From: a virus
Taxonomy: Duplodnaviria > Caudoviricetes
Length of the DNA: 63,379 nt
IMG/VR virus record: IMGVR_UViG_3300036770_002271
Span: 1 to 63,379 of that record
Direction: 5' to 3' (one strand)
The translations under genes and the position numbers were made by a program. The notes under the pieces are model-generated. The model was not told the DNA's origin. It did no database searches and saw only the letters and a list, made by a program, of their open reading frames with translations. Positions 19,685-28,422 of the stretch are shown here, piece by piece. Numbering within the stretch: the stretch's first letter is position 1; every line of letters begins with the position of its first letter.

Positions 19685-21439
19685 TTATTCTACATCCACA
19701 GTTGTATTGTATGATGTAAAACCGTTCTCTTTTATGACTTTTAAAACATTTGGTACACGCCCAGCAAGTTCCTCACGGTGACTTACTAACCATATACTTT
19801 TGTGTCTGCGACGGCTCATGTCTTTTAATATAGCAATACTATTTTCAACGCCCATTGTATCTAACCCACTGTCTATTAATTCATCAATAAACAATGTGTT
19901 TACTGGAGCGTATAGGTTCTCCCACACATCTCTAAACGCAAAACTTAATCCTAAAATTAATCTATTACGCTCACCCCTGCTCAAATTATCAAAATCAAGC
20001 TCACGTCCTAATTCTGTAATTTCAACCTGTAAGTCATTCTTAAAAACAACTTGATGAGGTAATCCAATCTTATCTAGGTAATGCGTCAATCTAGCATTTA
20101 AATAAGATAAATTTTGATCAATAATCTTTTTACGAACAAAACTATCTTTGCTAGTTAATAACTCTAACAAAAATTTCTGATGTTCTGAAACTTTTGTCAG
20201 TTGGTTAATTTTGTCGAAATTAACTTCTTGTAACGCCTGACTTTCCATCTCGGATATTTGTTCTGAGTATGGATCTGATTCTTTAATCTTGTTATCAATC
20301 GTTTTACTAATGTTTTCAATTTGACTACTATGTTTAACTGCCTCCGCTTCTGTGTCATAATGTGTGATAGGCTTATCCATTACAACAACTGGATTATCAA
20401 CTAATGAATTTAGCTGATGTTCATACTCTTTTAATAATTTTTTACACTCTGTAAGTTGTTTAGTCTTGTCTTTTAATACACTACTATGTTGTTTGTCATG
20501 TAATTCATGTCCACAAGCATAACACTTATGATCTTTTAATGACTTAACTTCTTTATCTAAAGTTTCACGGTCTTTGTCTTCTTTAGAAATATCTTTTCGT
20601 AGTTGATTTACTTTGTGATCGTAAGCAGACTTAAGATTAACTTGTTTAGTATATTCTAACAAATCTTTATGTGCCTGTAATTCACTTTCAATATCTATCT
20701 CAGATAAGTTTGATAACTCAGTAGCCAATTCTAATAAATCTTGTTCATGTTTATTTTGCCAAAGTTTTTGCCTACGTTTCAAACTTTCAATTTGTTCTTT
20801 GACACGCTTATTAGCTTCATCAACAGCCTTTACACGAAATTCTTCTTGCTGGATATCATCCTTTGTCTGTCTTAACAAATCTTTAATAATATCTGCTTTC
20901 TCACTTAATAATGTTATACCAAGTAATTGTTCAATAATAGCACGTTGCTCATTTGACTTTAGTGCTAAGAAAGGTTCGTTATATGTGTTCAATGCTACGA
21001 TATGTCTAAACATATCACTAGTCATGGAAATAGTTTTTTCTATAAACGATTGTGTTTCTTTATTTTCACCTTGGGCATCGTCTGTATTTTTCTGTAGCTT
21101 ATTATCAATATAAAATTTAAGTATGTTAGGTTTACGACCACGTTCAATTTTATAGTCGGTGCCATTTACATTAAACTCAAGCGTAACTAACATACCCTTG
21201 CTATTAGTACGATTTACAAGATTATCTTTTCTAATATTGTTGATTGGTACACCAAACAATGCGTAACATAACCCTTGAATTAGTGTGGTTTTACCTGTTC
21301 CATTTCTAGCACCATCACCACCTAAGTCTAAGTTCTCACCTAGAATAAGTGTAAGTTCTTTTCTATCAAAGTTTACTGCTTGTGTTACCTGTCCTATCGA
21401 TAAAAAATTCCGTAATGTAATATTTTTAAGAGTTATCAT
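19685..21439 (-). CDS. gp46: Recombination ATPase gp46 (Rad50/SbcC-like)
   Basis: Walker A NGTGKTT, coiled coil with CYAC zinc hook, signature LSRGE, Walker B LFIDE and SH motif. Confidence 0.95.
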   Translation of the reverse strand: MITLKNITLRNFLSIGQVTQAVNFDRKELTLILGENLDLGGDGARNGTGKTTLIQGLCYALFGVPINNIRKDNLVNRTNSKGMLVTLEFNVNGTDYKIERGRKPNILKFYIDNKLQKNTDDAQGENKETQSFIEKTISMTSDMFRHIVALNTYNEPFLALKSNEQRAIIEQLLGITLLSEKADIIKDLLRQTKDDIQQEEFRVKAVDEANKRVKEQIESLKRRQKLWQNKHEQDLLELATELSNLSEIDIESELQAHKDLLEYTKQVNLKSAYDHKVNQLRKDISKEDKDRETLDKEVKSLKDHKCYACGHELHDKQHSSVLKDKTKQLTECKKLLKEYEHQLNSLVDNPVVVMDKPITHYDTEAEAVKHSSQIENISKTIDNKIKESDPYSEQISEMESQALQEVNFDKINQLTKVSEHQKFLLELLTSKDSFVRKKIIDQNLSYLNARLTHYLDKIGLPHQVVFKNDLQVEITELGRELDFDNLSRGERNRLILGLSFAFRDVWENLYAPVNTLFIDELIDSGLDTMGVENSIAILKDMSRRRHKSIWLVSHREELAGRVPNVLKVIKENGFTSYNTTVDVE

Positions 21440-22452
21440 AGATTGTTATAAATGTCCAGTAGTAATTTTTTATCAAAGCCTTTACTTTCAATCGCATTGA
21501 TTTGATCAATAATAATTTGATCAACGCTTTCAAACTTAAGGCCTTCAAAATTACCTTGGTCGGTATTTTCAAGTTTCATTGGTATTAATGTCATTTCACG
21601 CAATTTGTGTTCAGGAATAAATGTTTCACGCAAGAAATTTGCCTCCTCATAACTTATATCAATGTCAAGGTGTACCCTAACATGGCTATCAATTAATAGC
21701 AAGCCCTCTGGGTTTTCTAAGATATCGCTTAATTTATGAACACGATATACTGGTTGACGTGGCCAACTATGAAAAGTTGGTTCTTCTCCCCATTCTAATA
21801 TCATCATACCTCTAGCATCATCACCAGCATCAGCATAATTATGTGGGAAGGCATTGCCTATATACCAAATATTTTTACGTGCTTGACGTTTATGAAAATG
21901 TCCACTAAAAGCTTTTTCAATATTTGAAAAATCATCTATTTTTACTGAGTTATCATGCTCTGGCATCATAACTTGAGAATTCATATAAAAATTACCAAGT
22001 TCAAAATGACCGAATACATATTTTGATTTTATTTTTTTTATTTTTTTTATTTCATCACCTATTAGCCATGGGCACAATGTAACATCACCTTCAGTATATA
22101 TCTCATTAATAACATGAACATTTGGTAAGTAATTTGCCCATTCAACACTACTTACATCACGCTTCTCTCTAAAATAAATGTCATGATTACCTGTTATAAA
22201 ATAAACTTTACTAAATGATTTGTTAAGTAATTCCAAACAACGCATTGAATAATGCAATGTATGTATATTGATGCTTGCTCTATGATTATGCCAATCTCCG
22301 CAAATTATTGCAGTATCACAATGGTATTCTTTTGCCTTATCAACGAACCAAATTACAAAATTTAAACAATCTTCGTTATGTTGAATACTATTACTTTTTA
22401 AACCAACATGAAGATCAGTCATTACTGCCGTTTTTTTAAATAAATTATTCAT
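21436..22452 (-). CDS. gp47: Recombination nuclease gp47 (Mre11/SbcD-like)
   Basis: DLH, GDW, GNHD and GHFH metallophosphoesterase motifs; start placed at ATG 22452 (MNNLFKK) because a sigma70 promoter overlaps the longer TTG start. Confidence 0.93.
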   Translation of the reverse strand: MNNLFKKTAVMTDLHVGLKSNSIQHNEDCLNFVIWFVDKAKEYHCDTAIICGDWHNHRASINIHTLHYSMRCLELLNKSFSKVYFITGNHDIYFREKRDVSSVEWANYLPNVHVINEIYTEGDVTLCPWLIGDEIKKIKKIKSKYVFGHFELGNFYMNSQVMMPEHDNSVKIDDFSNIEKAFSGHFHKRQARKNIWYIGNAFPHNYADAGDDARGMMILEWGEEPTFHSWPRQPVYRVHKLSDILENPEGLLLIDSHVRVHLDIDISYEEANFLRETFIPEHKLREMTLIPMKLENTDQGNFEGLKFESVDQIIIDQINAIESKGFDKKLLLDIYNNL

Positions 22453-22459
22453 AGTAATC

Positions 22460-22488
22460 AGTATAAATGTTTTTTTGTTGTATGTCAA
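22460..22488 (-). promoter_or_regulatory. Sigma70 early promoter for gp47-gp46-resolvase
   Basis: TTGACA (22488-22483)-N17-TATACT (22465-22460), 7 nt before ATG 22452. Confidence 0.85.
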
Positions 22489-22505
22489 GAAATATTTTTT
22501 CCAAA

Positions 22506-22574
22506 GATAAATAACATTGAGGATCGCGGTACTGGAATACCCACCCTCTCTATGATTTGAAAGGAATCACAGCA
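22506..22574 (+). promoter_or_regulatory. Late promoter GATAAATA plus structured leader of the HNH gene
   Basis: GATAAATA at 22506-22513; GAGG/CCTC and GGTA/TACC stems; TGATT/AATCA hairpin over the AAGGA RBS. Confidence 0.55.
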
Positions 22575-23210
22575 ATGATATTTATAGAAAATAAATATAC
22601 AGTTATCTATTACAAGATAATTGAAAGAAGTAAAAATAGAAATCTTGAAGGTTATACTGAAAAACATCACATTATTCCTAAAAGTTTAGGTGGTACCAAT
22701 GATAAAACTAATTTGGCAATTCTAACAGCTAAGGAACATTACATTTGCCATATACTTCTCACAAAAATGACTTTTGGAGAAAATAAAATTAAAATGCTTC
22801 ACGCAGTAAATTCATTTATTTCATGGGCATCCAACAAACACAAAAGAAATTTTAAATTTAATTCAAGATTGTTCCAAATATTAAAAGAAAAAAGAAGTCA
22901 TTTTTTGAAAATTGAAATGTCAAAACCTGAAAATAAAAAGAAATCAAGTGATGGCGCTAAAAAATTATGGGCTGATATTAATTACAAAAAAGAACAATCC
23001 AGTAAAAGAAAAGAACTTTGGAAAGATGTTAATTACCAAAATAAAATGAAAAATCGTAAAAAAACTACTAAAAGAATTTGTGTTAATAATGTAGAATTTT
23101 TATCATTAAAAGATGCTGCTTACCATCTTAACTTAGATCCTAGTACTGTATCTAAAAGGTGTTCTAGTCATCATATCAGATTTGCTGAGTGGAAATATAT
23201 AAGAGATTAA
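22575..23210 (+). CDS. Free-standing HNH homing endonuclease
   Basis: YTEKHHIIPKSLGG.N...NL..LT.KEHYICH.LL; basic linker; C-terminal NUMOD-like HTH (FLSLKDAA..L); inverted between gp47 and gp55; ATG 22575 follows AAGGA. Confidence 0.88.
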   Translation: MIFIENKYTVIYYKIIERSKNRNLEGYTEKHHIIPKSLGGTNDKTNLAILTAKEHYICHILLTKMTFGENKIKMLHAVNSFISWASNKHKRNFKFNSRLFQILKEKRSHFLKIEMSKPENKKKSSDGAKKLWADINYKKEQSSKRKELWKDVNYQNKMKNRKKTTKRICVNNVEFLSLKDAAYHLNLDPSTVSKRCSSHHIRFAEWKYIRD

Positions 23211-23213
23211 TTT

Positions 23214-24110
23214 TTAACCCTCTTCTAACCAAGTTTTATTCATACCTTGGTTCATACGTGAATAACTAGGATTCAACCCATTAATTTCTAAAATATCATC
23301 ACGTATGTTTTGATTGCGTTTTTCTGTATTCAATACACGGCAAAAACTATTTGTAATTGCTGCGGTATAATATGCGAAAGGGTTTTGTGATTTAGCTTCA
23401 TTAAAACGTAAACCAACATAAGTCAATTGAAGAATGGCACTGCTACGCATTTCATCATTATATGTATATCCACGCCAATTATATTTCATAGCATATTTTT
23501 CACATAGCATGATATACATTTTAGCTAGTTTATTTGTAATGTTTCCATGATCTTTAGTAAAATGCCCACGTTTTATACCACCAGTCCAATGACTCTTACC
23601 TACACATACGTAGCTACCCTCTTCATCAATCTTATAATGTTGGAAAGGTGGGAAATTGACTTTCATATGTACCATATCATCAATTTCACTTTGTGTACTG
23701 GGATCTTCTAAATCAATAAAGATTTCTTCTTCAATATCTTCAAACTCCATGATATCAATTGCTGTTTTTTTCTTTACTGTTTTTCTTGGTTGTTTTGGGC
23801 TGACCGGGATATGTTCCCATGTCATTACCCTAAAAACTAAATCTGTAGTTGGTATTGATTTTGGTTCTATTTTTGTACCAGTTTCATTTGATAAACGAGT
23901 AGCACGATTTTCTTTTGCTTGTTTGATTGTATCACGTTTACTACAATATTTAAATGATTTTTCTAAATCTTCTTGTGGCATATCAATAATGATATCGTAT
24001 TGATGATAATCGGGTTTTGTATAGTAGCAGTAAGTATTTTTGCTTAAATGAATTTCTTTTAGAATGTCCTTATTATTAAGGTAGTTGACAGGTTTTTTTG
24101 CGGTACTCAT
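23214..24110 (-). CDS. gp55: Late-transcription sigma factor (gp55-like)
   Basis: NYLNNKD, NWRGYTYNDEM and KSQNPFAYYT...F.R....EK motifs; matching late promoters occur across the window. Confidence 0.88.
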   Translation of the reverse strand: MSTAKKPVNYLNNKDILKEIHLSKNTYCYYTKPDYHQYDIIIDMPQEDLEKSFKYCSKRDTIKQAKENRATRLSNETGTKIEPKSIPTTDLVFRVMTWEHIPVSPKQPRKTVKKKTAIDIMEFEDIEEEIFIDLEDPSTQSEIDDMVHMKVNFPPFQHYKIDEEGSYVCVGKSHWTGGIKRGHFTKDHGNITNKLAKMYIMLCEKYAMKYNWRGYTYNDEMRSSAILQLTYVGLRFNEAKSQNPFAYYTAAITNSFCRVLNTEKRNQNIRDDILEINGLNPSYSRMNQGMNKTWLEEG

Positions 24111-24130
24111 AAGATCCTTTATTTTTTAAT

Positions 24131-24159
24131 ATTATAACATATAGTTGCTTGGGACGCAA
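24131..24159 (-). promoter_or_regulatory. Sigma70 promoter of the gp55-like gene
   Basis: TTGCGT-N17-TATAAT with an extended -10 TGn; AAGGA RBS downstream. Confidence 0.75.
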
Positions 24160-24196
24160 CTTTTTGGGCTGGTGTTGGGTAAAATAGTGCTATATT

Positions 24197-24210
24197 TATT
24201 TAGCTAAATA
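24197..24210. promoter_or_regulatory. Palindromic bidirectional late promoter TATTTAGCTAAATA
   Basis: Perfect 14-bp palindrome giving CTAAATA on both strands, between the divergent gp55 and baseplate operons. Confidence 0.65.
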
Positions 24211-24228
24211 TATAATAGGACCTTTAAT

Positions 24229-25812
24229 ATGTCGAACCAGCAAACAGCAAATGATTGGGCTACAGTAAAACGTGAAGCAGAGCAAGATATTGCTAGTATA
24301 ACGCCTTTATTAAGAACCGCCACAGCCAACCTTAAATCAGTAAATGAACGATTTAACGGATTATCTGCCACTGAAAATCAACTACGTGATGATCCAACCC
24401 GTGTTGCTGAATATGAGGCTGCTAGAAATGCTCGCAGAGAATATTATAATAGTTTTGTTAAACCGGCACAAAATGCTGAACAGGCATTACGTGATGAATT
24501 GAATGCTGCCCAACGTGATTTTAATTATGCTTCAGAACAACTGGTTATCGCAAGTTCAGGAGCACCAAATACAAGTACAAATACACCCCCTGCTACCAGT
24601 GGTCCTGGTAATGGAACAACTTTACCTCAACCAACAATAAATCTTGTTGAATCAGACCAGTCAATTATAGATGCTAATGCTGACCCACAAACTGCACAAG
24701 ATTTAGAATTTCAACTACAACAAGAACAACTTCAAGCAGAAAATGAAGGCCCCCAACCAGTAACTGGTGATGATGCTTATCAAGCTTTCTTAGCAGACAC
24801 CGCAACCGAAGATATTGAACCAACGTATGGTTTTAGTCCACCTCAAATTAATGACGATCCTTATCCTGTAGCTGACTTAGGTGAATTAGGAGTTAATACA
24901 GATTTACCTACTGATGCTGCTTTAGGTGAGTTAGGTATTAATACTGATATAAGTCCATTTGGAGCAGGTAGTAATGTAAGAGGTATACAAGGTGCCACTG
25001 ATAGTGCTAGGGCACAAGCTGACTTACAAGATGCTACAAATTTTGGTTTGTTAGAAGATTGGCGTGTAAGATTAAAATTAGCTCCAACTGCCAACTATCT
25101 TTACAGACAGCCTGGTTATAAGGGAATATTAGAACCATTAATAGCAACTGATGGTGTGATATTTCCATATACACCAGCTATTAGTGTAAATTATTCGGCA
25201 ACATATGATTCAACAAGTTTAACACATAACAATTACAAAGTTTACCAATATCAAACAAGTAGTGTAGATCAAATACAAATTACATGTGATTTTACAGCAC
25301 AAGATACTTTTGAGGCAAATTATGTTTTAGCAGTGATACATTTTTTTAGAACAGTGACAAAAATGTTTTATGGTAAAGACCAAGATCCTAAGCCAGGCAC
25401 CCCTCCTCCATTATGTTATTTGATTGGATTAGGTAATTTTCAATTTAATGAACATCCTCTTGTCATTACATCGTTTCAATACAACTTACCAACTGACGTT
25501 GATTATATTAGAGCAAGTACCCCAACTGTAGCCCCTGGTGTAAATCAAAGTAGTAGTGGAACAAGTAAGGCATTTAGATTACAAGGAACAGGAGTTGTGC
25601 CAGGTGGTAATACGCCTCCAGCACAGTTTCAAAATAGTACAAAACCAACAGGCACAATTGAACCAACTTATGTACCAACCAAAATACAAATTAGTATAAG
25701 TGCTTTACCAATAGTAAGTAGAAAAGATATTAGTGATAACTTTAGTCTGAAACGTTATGCTACTGGAGAATTATTACAAGGTGGCAAACGTACAACAGGA
25801 GGCATTTGGTAA
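24229..25812 (+). CDS. Baseplate/tail-tube initiator-like structural protein with a long N-terminal extension
   Basis: C-terminal half GVIFPYTP...HFFRTVTKMFYG...PPPLCYL...P.VITSF.Y.LP.DVDY resembles contractile-tail tube-fold baseplate proteins; first gene of the operon, just before the gp53-like gene. Confidence 0.6.
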   Translation: MSNQQTANDWATVKREAEQDIASITPLLRTATANLKSVNERFNGLSATENQLRDDPTRVAEYEAARNARREYYNSFVKPAQNAEQALRDELNAAQRDFNYASEQLVIASSGAPNTSTNTPPATSGPGNGTTLPQPTINLVESDQSIIDANADPQTAQDLEFQLQQEQLQAENEGPQPVTGDDAYQAFLADTATEDIEPTYGFSPPQINDDPYPVADLGELGVNTDLPTDAALGELGINTDISPFGAGSNVRGIQGATDSARAQADLQDATNFGLLEDWRVRLKLAPTANYLYRQPGYKGILEPLIATDGVIFPYTPAISVNYSATYDSTSLTHNNYKVYQYQTSSVDQIQITCDFTAQDTFEANYVLAVIHFFRTVTKMFYGKDQDPKPGTPPPLCYLIGLGNFQFNEHPLVITSFQYNLPTDVDYIRASTPTVAPGVNQSSSGTSKAFRLQGTGVVPGGNTPPAQFQNSTKPTGTIEPTYVPTKIQISISALPIVSRKDISDNFSLKRYATGELLQGGKRTTGGIW

Positions 25813-26126
25813 TGGCACTTAATACATTATATCCACAAACAAGTCCATATTATGACACATCAGTAACCAATGGTAATTTCTTGGACTTTATGAATTACAG
25901 ACCTATTCCTAAAATTCCAAGTGATGTTTTAATGACAATCACAAAAGTTTATGAGTATAGACCTGATTTATTAGCATATGATTTGTATGGAGATAGTAGA
26001 TTATGGTGGGTATTTGCTGAACGTAACCCAAACCGTATTGGAAAAGATCCTTATTTTGATTTTATTTCTGGTGTACAAATATACGTTCCTAAGTTAGATA
26101 CATTAAAACAAATATTAGGAATATAA
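25812..26126 (+). CDS. gp53: Baseplate wedge subunit (gp53/LysM-like)
   Basis: YEYRPDLLAYDLYGDSRLWWVFA..N motif. Confidence 0.85.
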   Translation: MALNTLYPQTSPYYDTSVTNGNFLDFMNYRPIPKIPSDVLMTITKVYEYRPDLLAYDLYGDSRLWWVFAERNPNRIGKDPYFDFISGVQIYVPKLDTLKQILGI

Positions 26127-28421
26127 ATGGCAGACTACGGAGAATTGAACCAAGCAAATGACGATAACCCTTCTCCTAACCAAACAGGAGTAAATGCTAG
26201 CACTACAGGTGCTACAAATAGTTCAGGTACATCAAATGATAGTCCAAATACTAAGGCACCGAGCAACGCTACAGATAGTAATCCAGGCCGTAGATTATTC
26301 AATCCATTAAGTCAATTCGCCAGTTATACTTACAATTTAAGTTTATATATGGTTACACCTGAAGCATATGATGCTTTTGTAATATCAGGTAGAAGAAATA
26401 TTTACGCACTTAATTCAGGTGATTCAGGAGAAGGAGCTCAACAAACATCTGGTGTTTATTTAATAGCACAGAGTGGAGGTATTGGACAAGGCGAAAAGCG
26501 TGCTCCTGGTTTTAAATTTGATTATTACATTGATGATTTAGTAATTAAAACTGCTACTAATGCTAAAAATACTGGAACAAGCACAAATACAACTAATATT
26601 AAATTTAAGATATATGAGCCATATGGTTTTAGTTTTATTACCAATCTGAAAAAATCACAAGACGCATTACAAGAATATTTGGCAAGTACTGGTAGAACAC
26701 AAAAAGGATTACAAAATCCAACTAGACAATTTTATATATTAGGAATAAGATTTTTAGGATATGATAAAGAGGGTAATGTAGTAACCAGTAAAGATGCTGG
26801 AAAGACAATAGACAATAATGCCAATGAACGCGGTGTATTTGAAAACTTTTATGATATAGTTTTTACAGAATTAAAATTTAAGATATCTGGTAGTATGGTT
26901 GTATACGATATTACGGCAGCCCCAATATCAACAAAAGAGGCGTTTGGTAGAAAACGTGGATTGATTAATCTAGGAGCAAACTTAGAAGCTGAAAATGTTT
27001 ATGAGGCACTTACATTATTAGAAGAAAAACTTAACAAAGACCAACAAGATTTAGTTGGTAATGGTATAGGTAAACCTGATGTATATAAATTTAGTTACCT
27101 CGGCGATATGGAAGAAGTATTAAAGAAATCCAGTTTAGTAAACCCAGCAGACTTAGACAAATATCGTTGGGGAGGATCAGGAGCTAAAACAACAAGTGAA
27201 AGTAATGATGTTGCTGGAGTTAAAAGTACACCTAATCCTACAAAACGCACTATAACTTTTCAAGGCACTACACCTATATTACAATCAATTAATCAAATTA
27301 TGGCACAAAGTTCTTATTTGTTAGACGCACTTAAAGTGGTATATACAAGTGCCACTGAACCAAGTGAGGACGAGGGAGATGATCAGGTAATACCAGCTAG
27401 TAATAAAAAAATACGTTGGTATAATCTAAGTGCCCAAATAAGTAAGGCAGAATGGGATGAGGTACGTAGTGATTTTGCTATGACAATCAATTATATTATT
27501 AGCCCATATGAAACACCTGTTTTACAAAGTGCCTATAGTAATCCAGGAATAAAATATTATGGTCCACATAAACGTTATGAATACTGGTATACTGGACAAA
27601 ATAATGAAATTATTAGTTATGAACAAGTTTTAAACACAGCATATTTTAATGTTGTATTAAATCCAAAAGTAGCAGGTGATGGGTCTAAAGGTGGTAATGC
27701 TGATATTCCTCAAGTACCAAATCAAAGAACAAATCAACCAAGAATTGGTGAGTTAAATGAGGGAATGGAAGCACAAAATAACTTTTTAACAAATCTATTT
27801 GACCCAGGTAGTTATGCTGAGGCCAAGTTGACAATACTCGGTGATCCTGATTATTTAATTTATGACAGTGAGGCAACTAGTGATGTTCAAGCAGTTTATA
27901 ATAAGTTTTATGGTTCAAATCGTTTTACAATAAAGGCAAATGGTGGACAAGTTTTTATTGAAATTGATTTTAAAGAAGCAGTTGATTATGATACTCAAAA
28001 AGGTATAATGACTATTAATGATAAAATATTATTTTGGAATTATCCTGAGGATATAGCTAAAATAGTAAAAGGTGTAAGTTATATGGTATTATTTGTTACC
28101 AGTAATTTTAGTAAAGGTAAGTTCACACAAAATTTAGAGTTATCAATTAATACATTTCCTAATAATAAAAGTGAAAAGAAAAGTACAAATCAAGCTAGAG
28201 TACGTGAAGTTGATAATCAAATTAGTAATACAGGTACACAAGAAGGTGGTACATCTACAAAGAGTTCAAGTGGATTACGTCCTGAACCTGATTTAGGAAA
28301 CTTCAACAGTGATTATCCAGCAGATATCACTAACGCAGGTAAAGTACAAAGTCAACCAATTCAACAATCAAGTAATGATGACCAAGGTAGTGGAGTTGTT
28401 TTAGGTAGACCAGGGGTATAG
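26127..28421 (+). CDS. Putative baseplate hub protein (gp27-like position)
   Basis: 764 aa between gp53 and gp5; LTILGDP and S.FSKGKFTQ.L.L motifs typical of hub proteins. Confidence 0.55.
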   Translation: MADYGELNQANDDNPSPNQTGVNASTTGATNSSGTSNDSPNTKAPSNATDSNPGRRLFNPLSQFASYTYNLSLYMVTPEAYDAFVISGRRNIYALNSGDSGEGAQQTSGVYLIAQSGGIGQGEKRAPGFKFDYYIDDLVIKTATNAKNTGTSTNTTNIKFKIYEPYGFSFITNLKKSQDALQEYLASTGRTQKGLQNPTRQFYILGIRFLGYDKEGNVVTSKDAGKTIDNNANERGVFENFYDIVFTELKFKISGSMVVYDITAAPISTKEAFGRKRGLINLGANLEAENVYEALTLLEEKLNKDQQDLVGNGIGKPDVYKFSYLGDMEEVLKKSSLVNPADLDKYRWGGSGAKTTSESNDVAGVKSTPNPTKRTITFQGTTPILQSINQIMAQSSYLLDALKVVYTSATEPSEDEGDDQVIPASNKKIRWYNLSAQISKAEWDEVRSDFAMTINYIISPYETPVLQSAYSNPGIKYYGPHKRYEYWYTGQNNEIISYEQVLNTAYFNVVLNPKVAGDGSKGGNADIPQVPNQRTNQPRIGELNEGMEAQNNFLTNLFDPGSYAEAKLTILGDPDYLIYDSEATSDVQAVYNKFYGSNRFTIKANGGQVFIEIDFKEAVDYDTQKGIMTINDKILFWNYPEDIAKIVKGVSYMVLFVTSNFSKGKFTQNLELSINTFPNNKSEKKSTNQARVREVDNQISNTGTQEGGTSTKSSSGLRPEPDLGNFNSDYPADITNAGKVQSQPIQQSSNDDQGSGVVLGRPGV

Positions 28422-28422
28422 C

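Noticed and set aside
22485-23210. HNH gene as part of an intron; antisense ORF 22485-22670; TTG start at 22557
   Set aside because: gp47 and gp55 both appear complete, so the HNH is free-standing; the antisense ORF is a shadow; ATG 22575 has the RBS.
24143-24165. Plus-strand terminator AGTTGC-N7-GCAACT-TTTT
   Set aside because: Short stem and U-tract, and it overlaps the gp55 promoter; cannot be distinguished from an operator or chance, so not called as a feature.
24877-24950. Duplicated LGELG(V/I)NTD motif
   Set aside because: Short in-frame duplication in a low-complexity linker; no evidence of a separate function.
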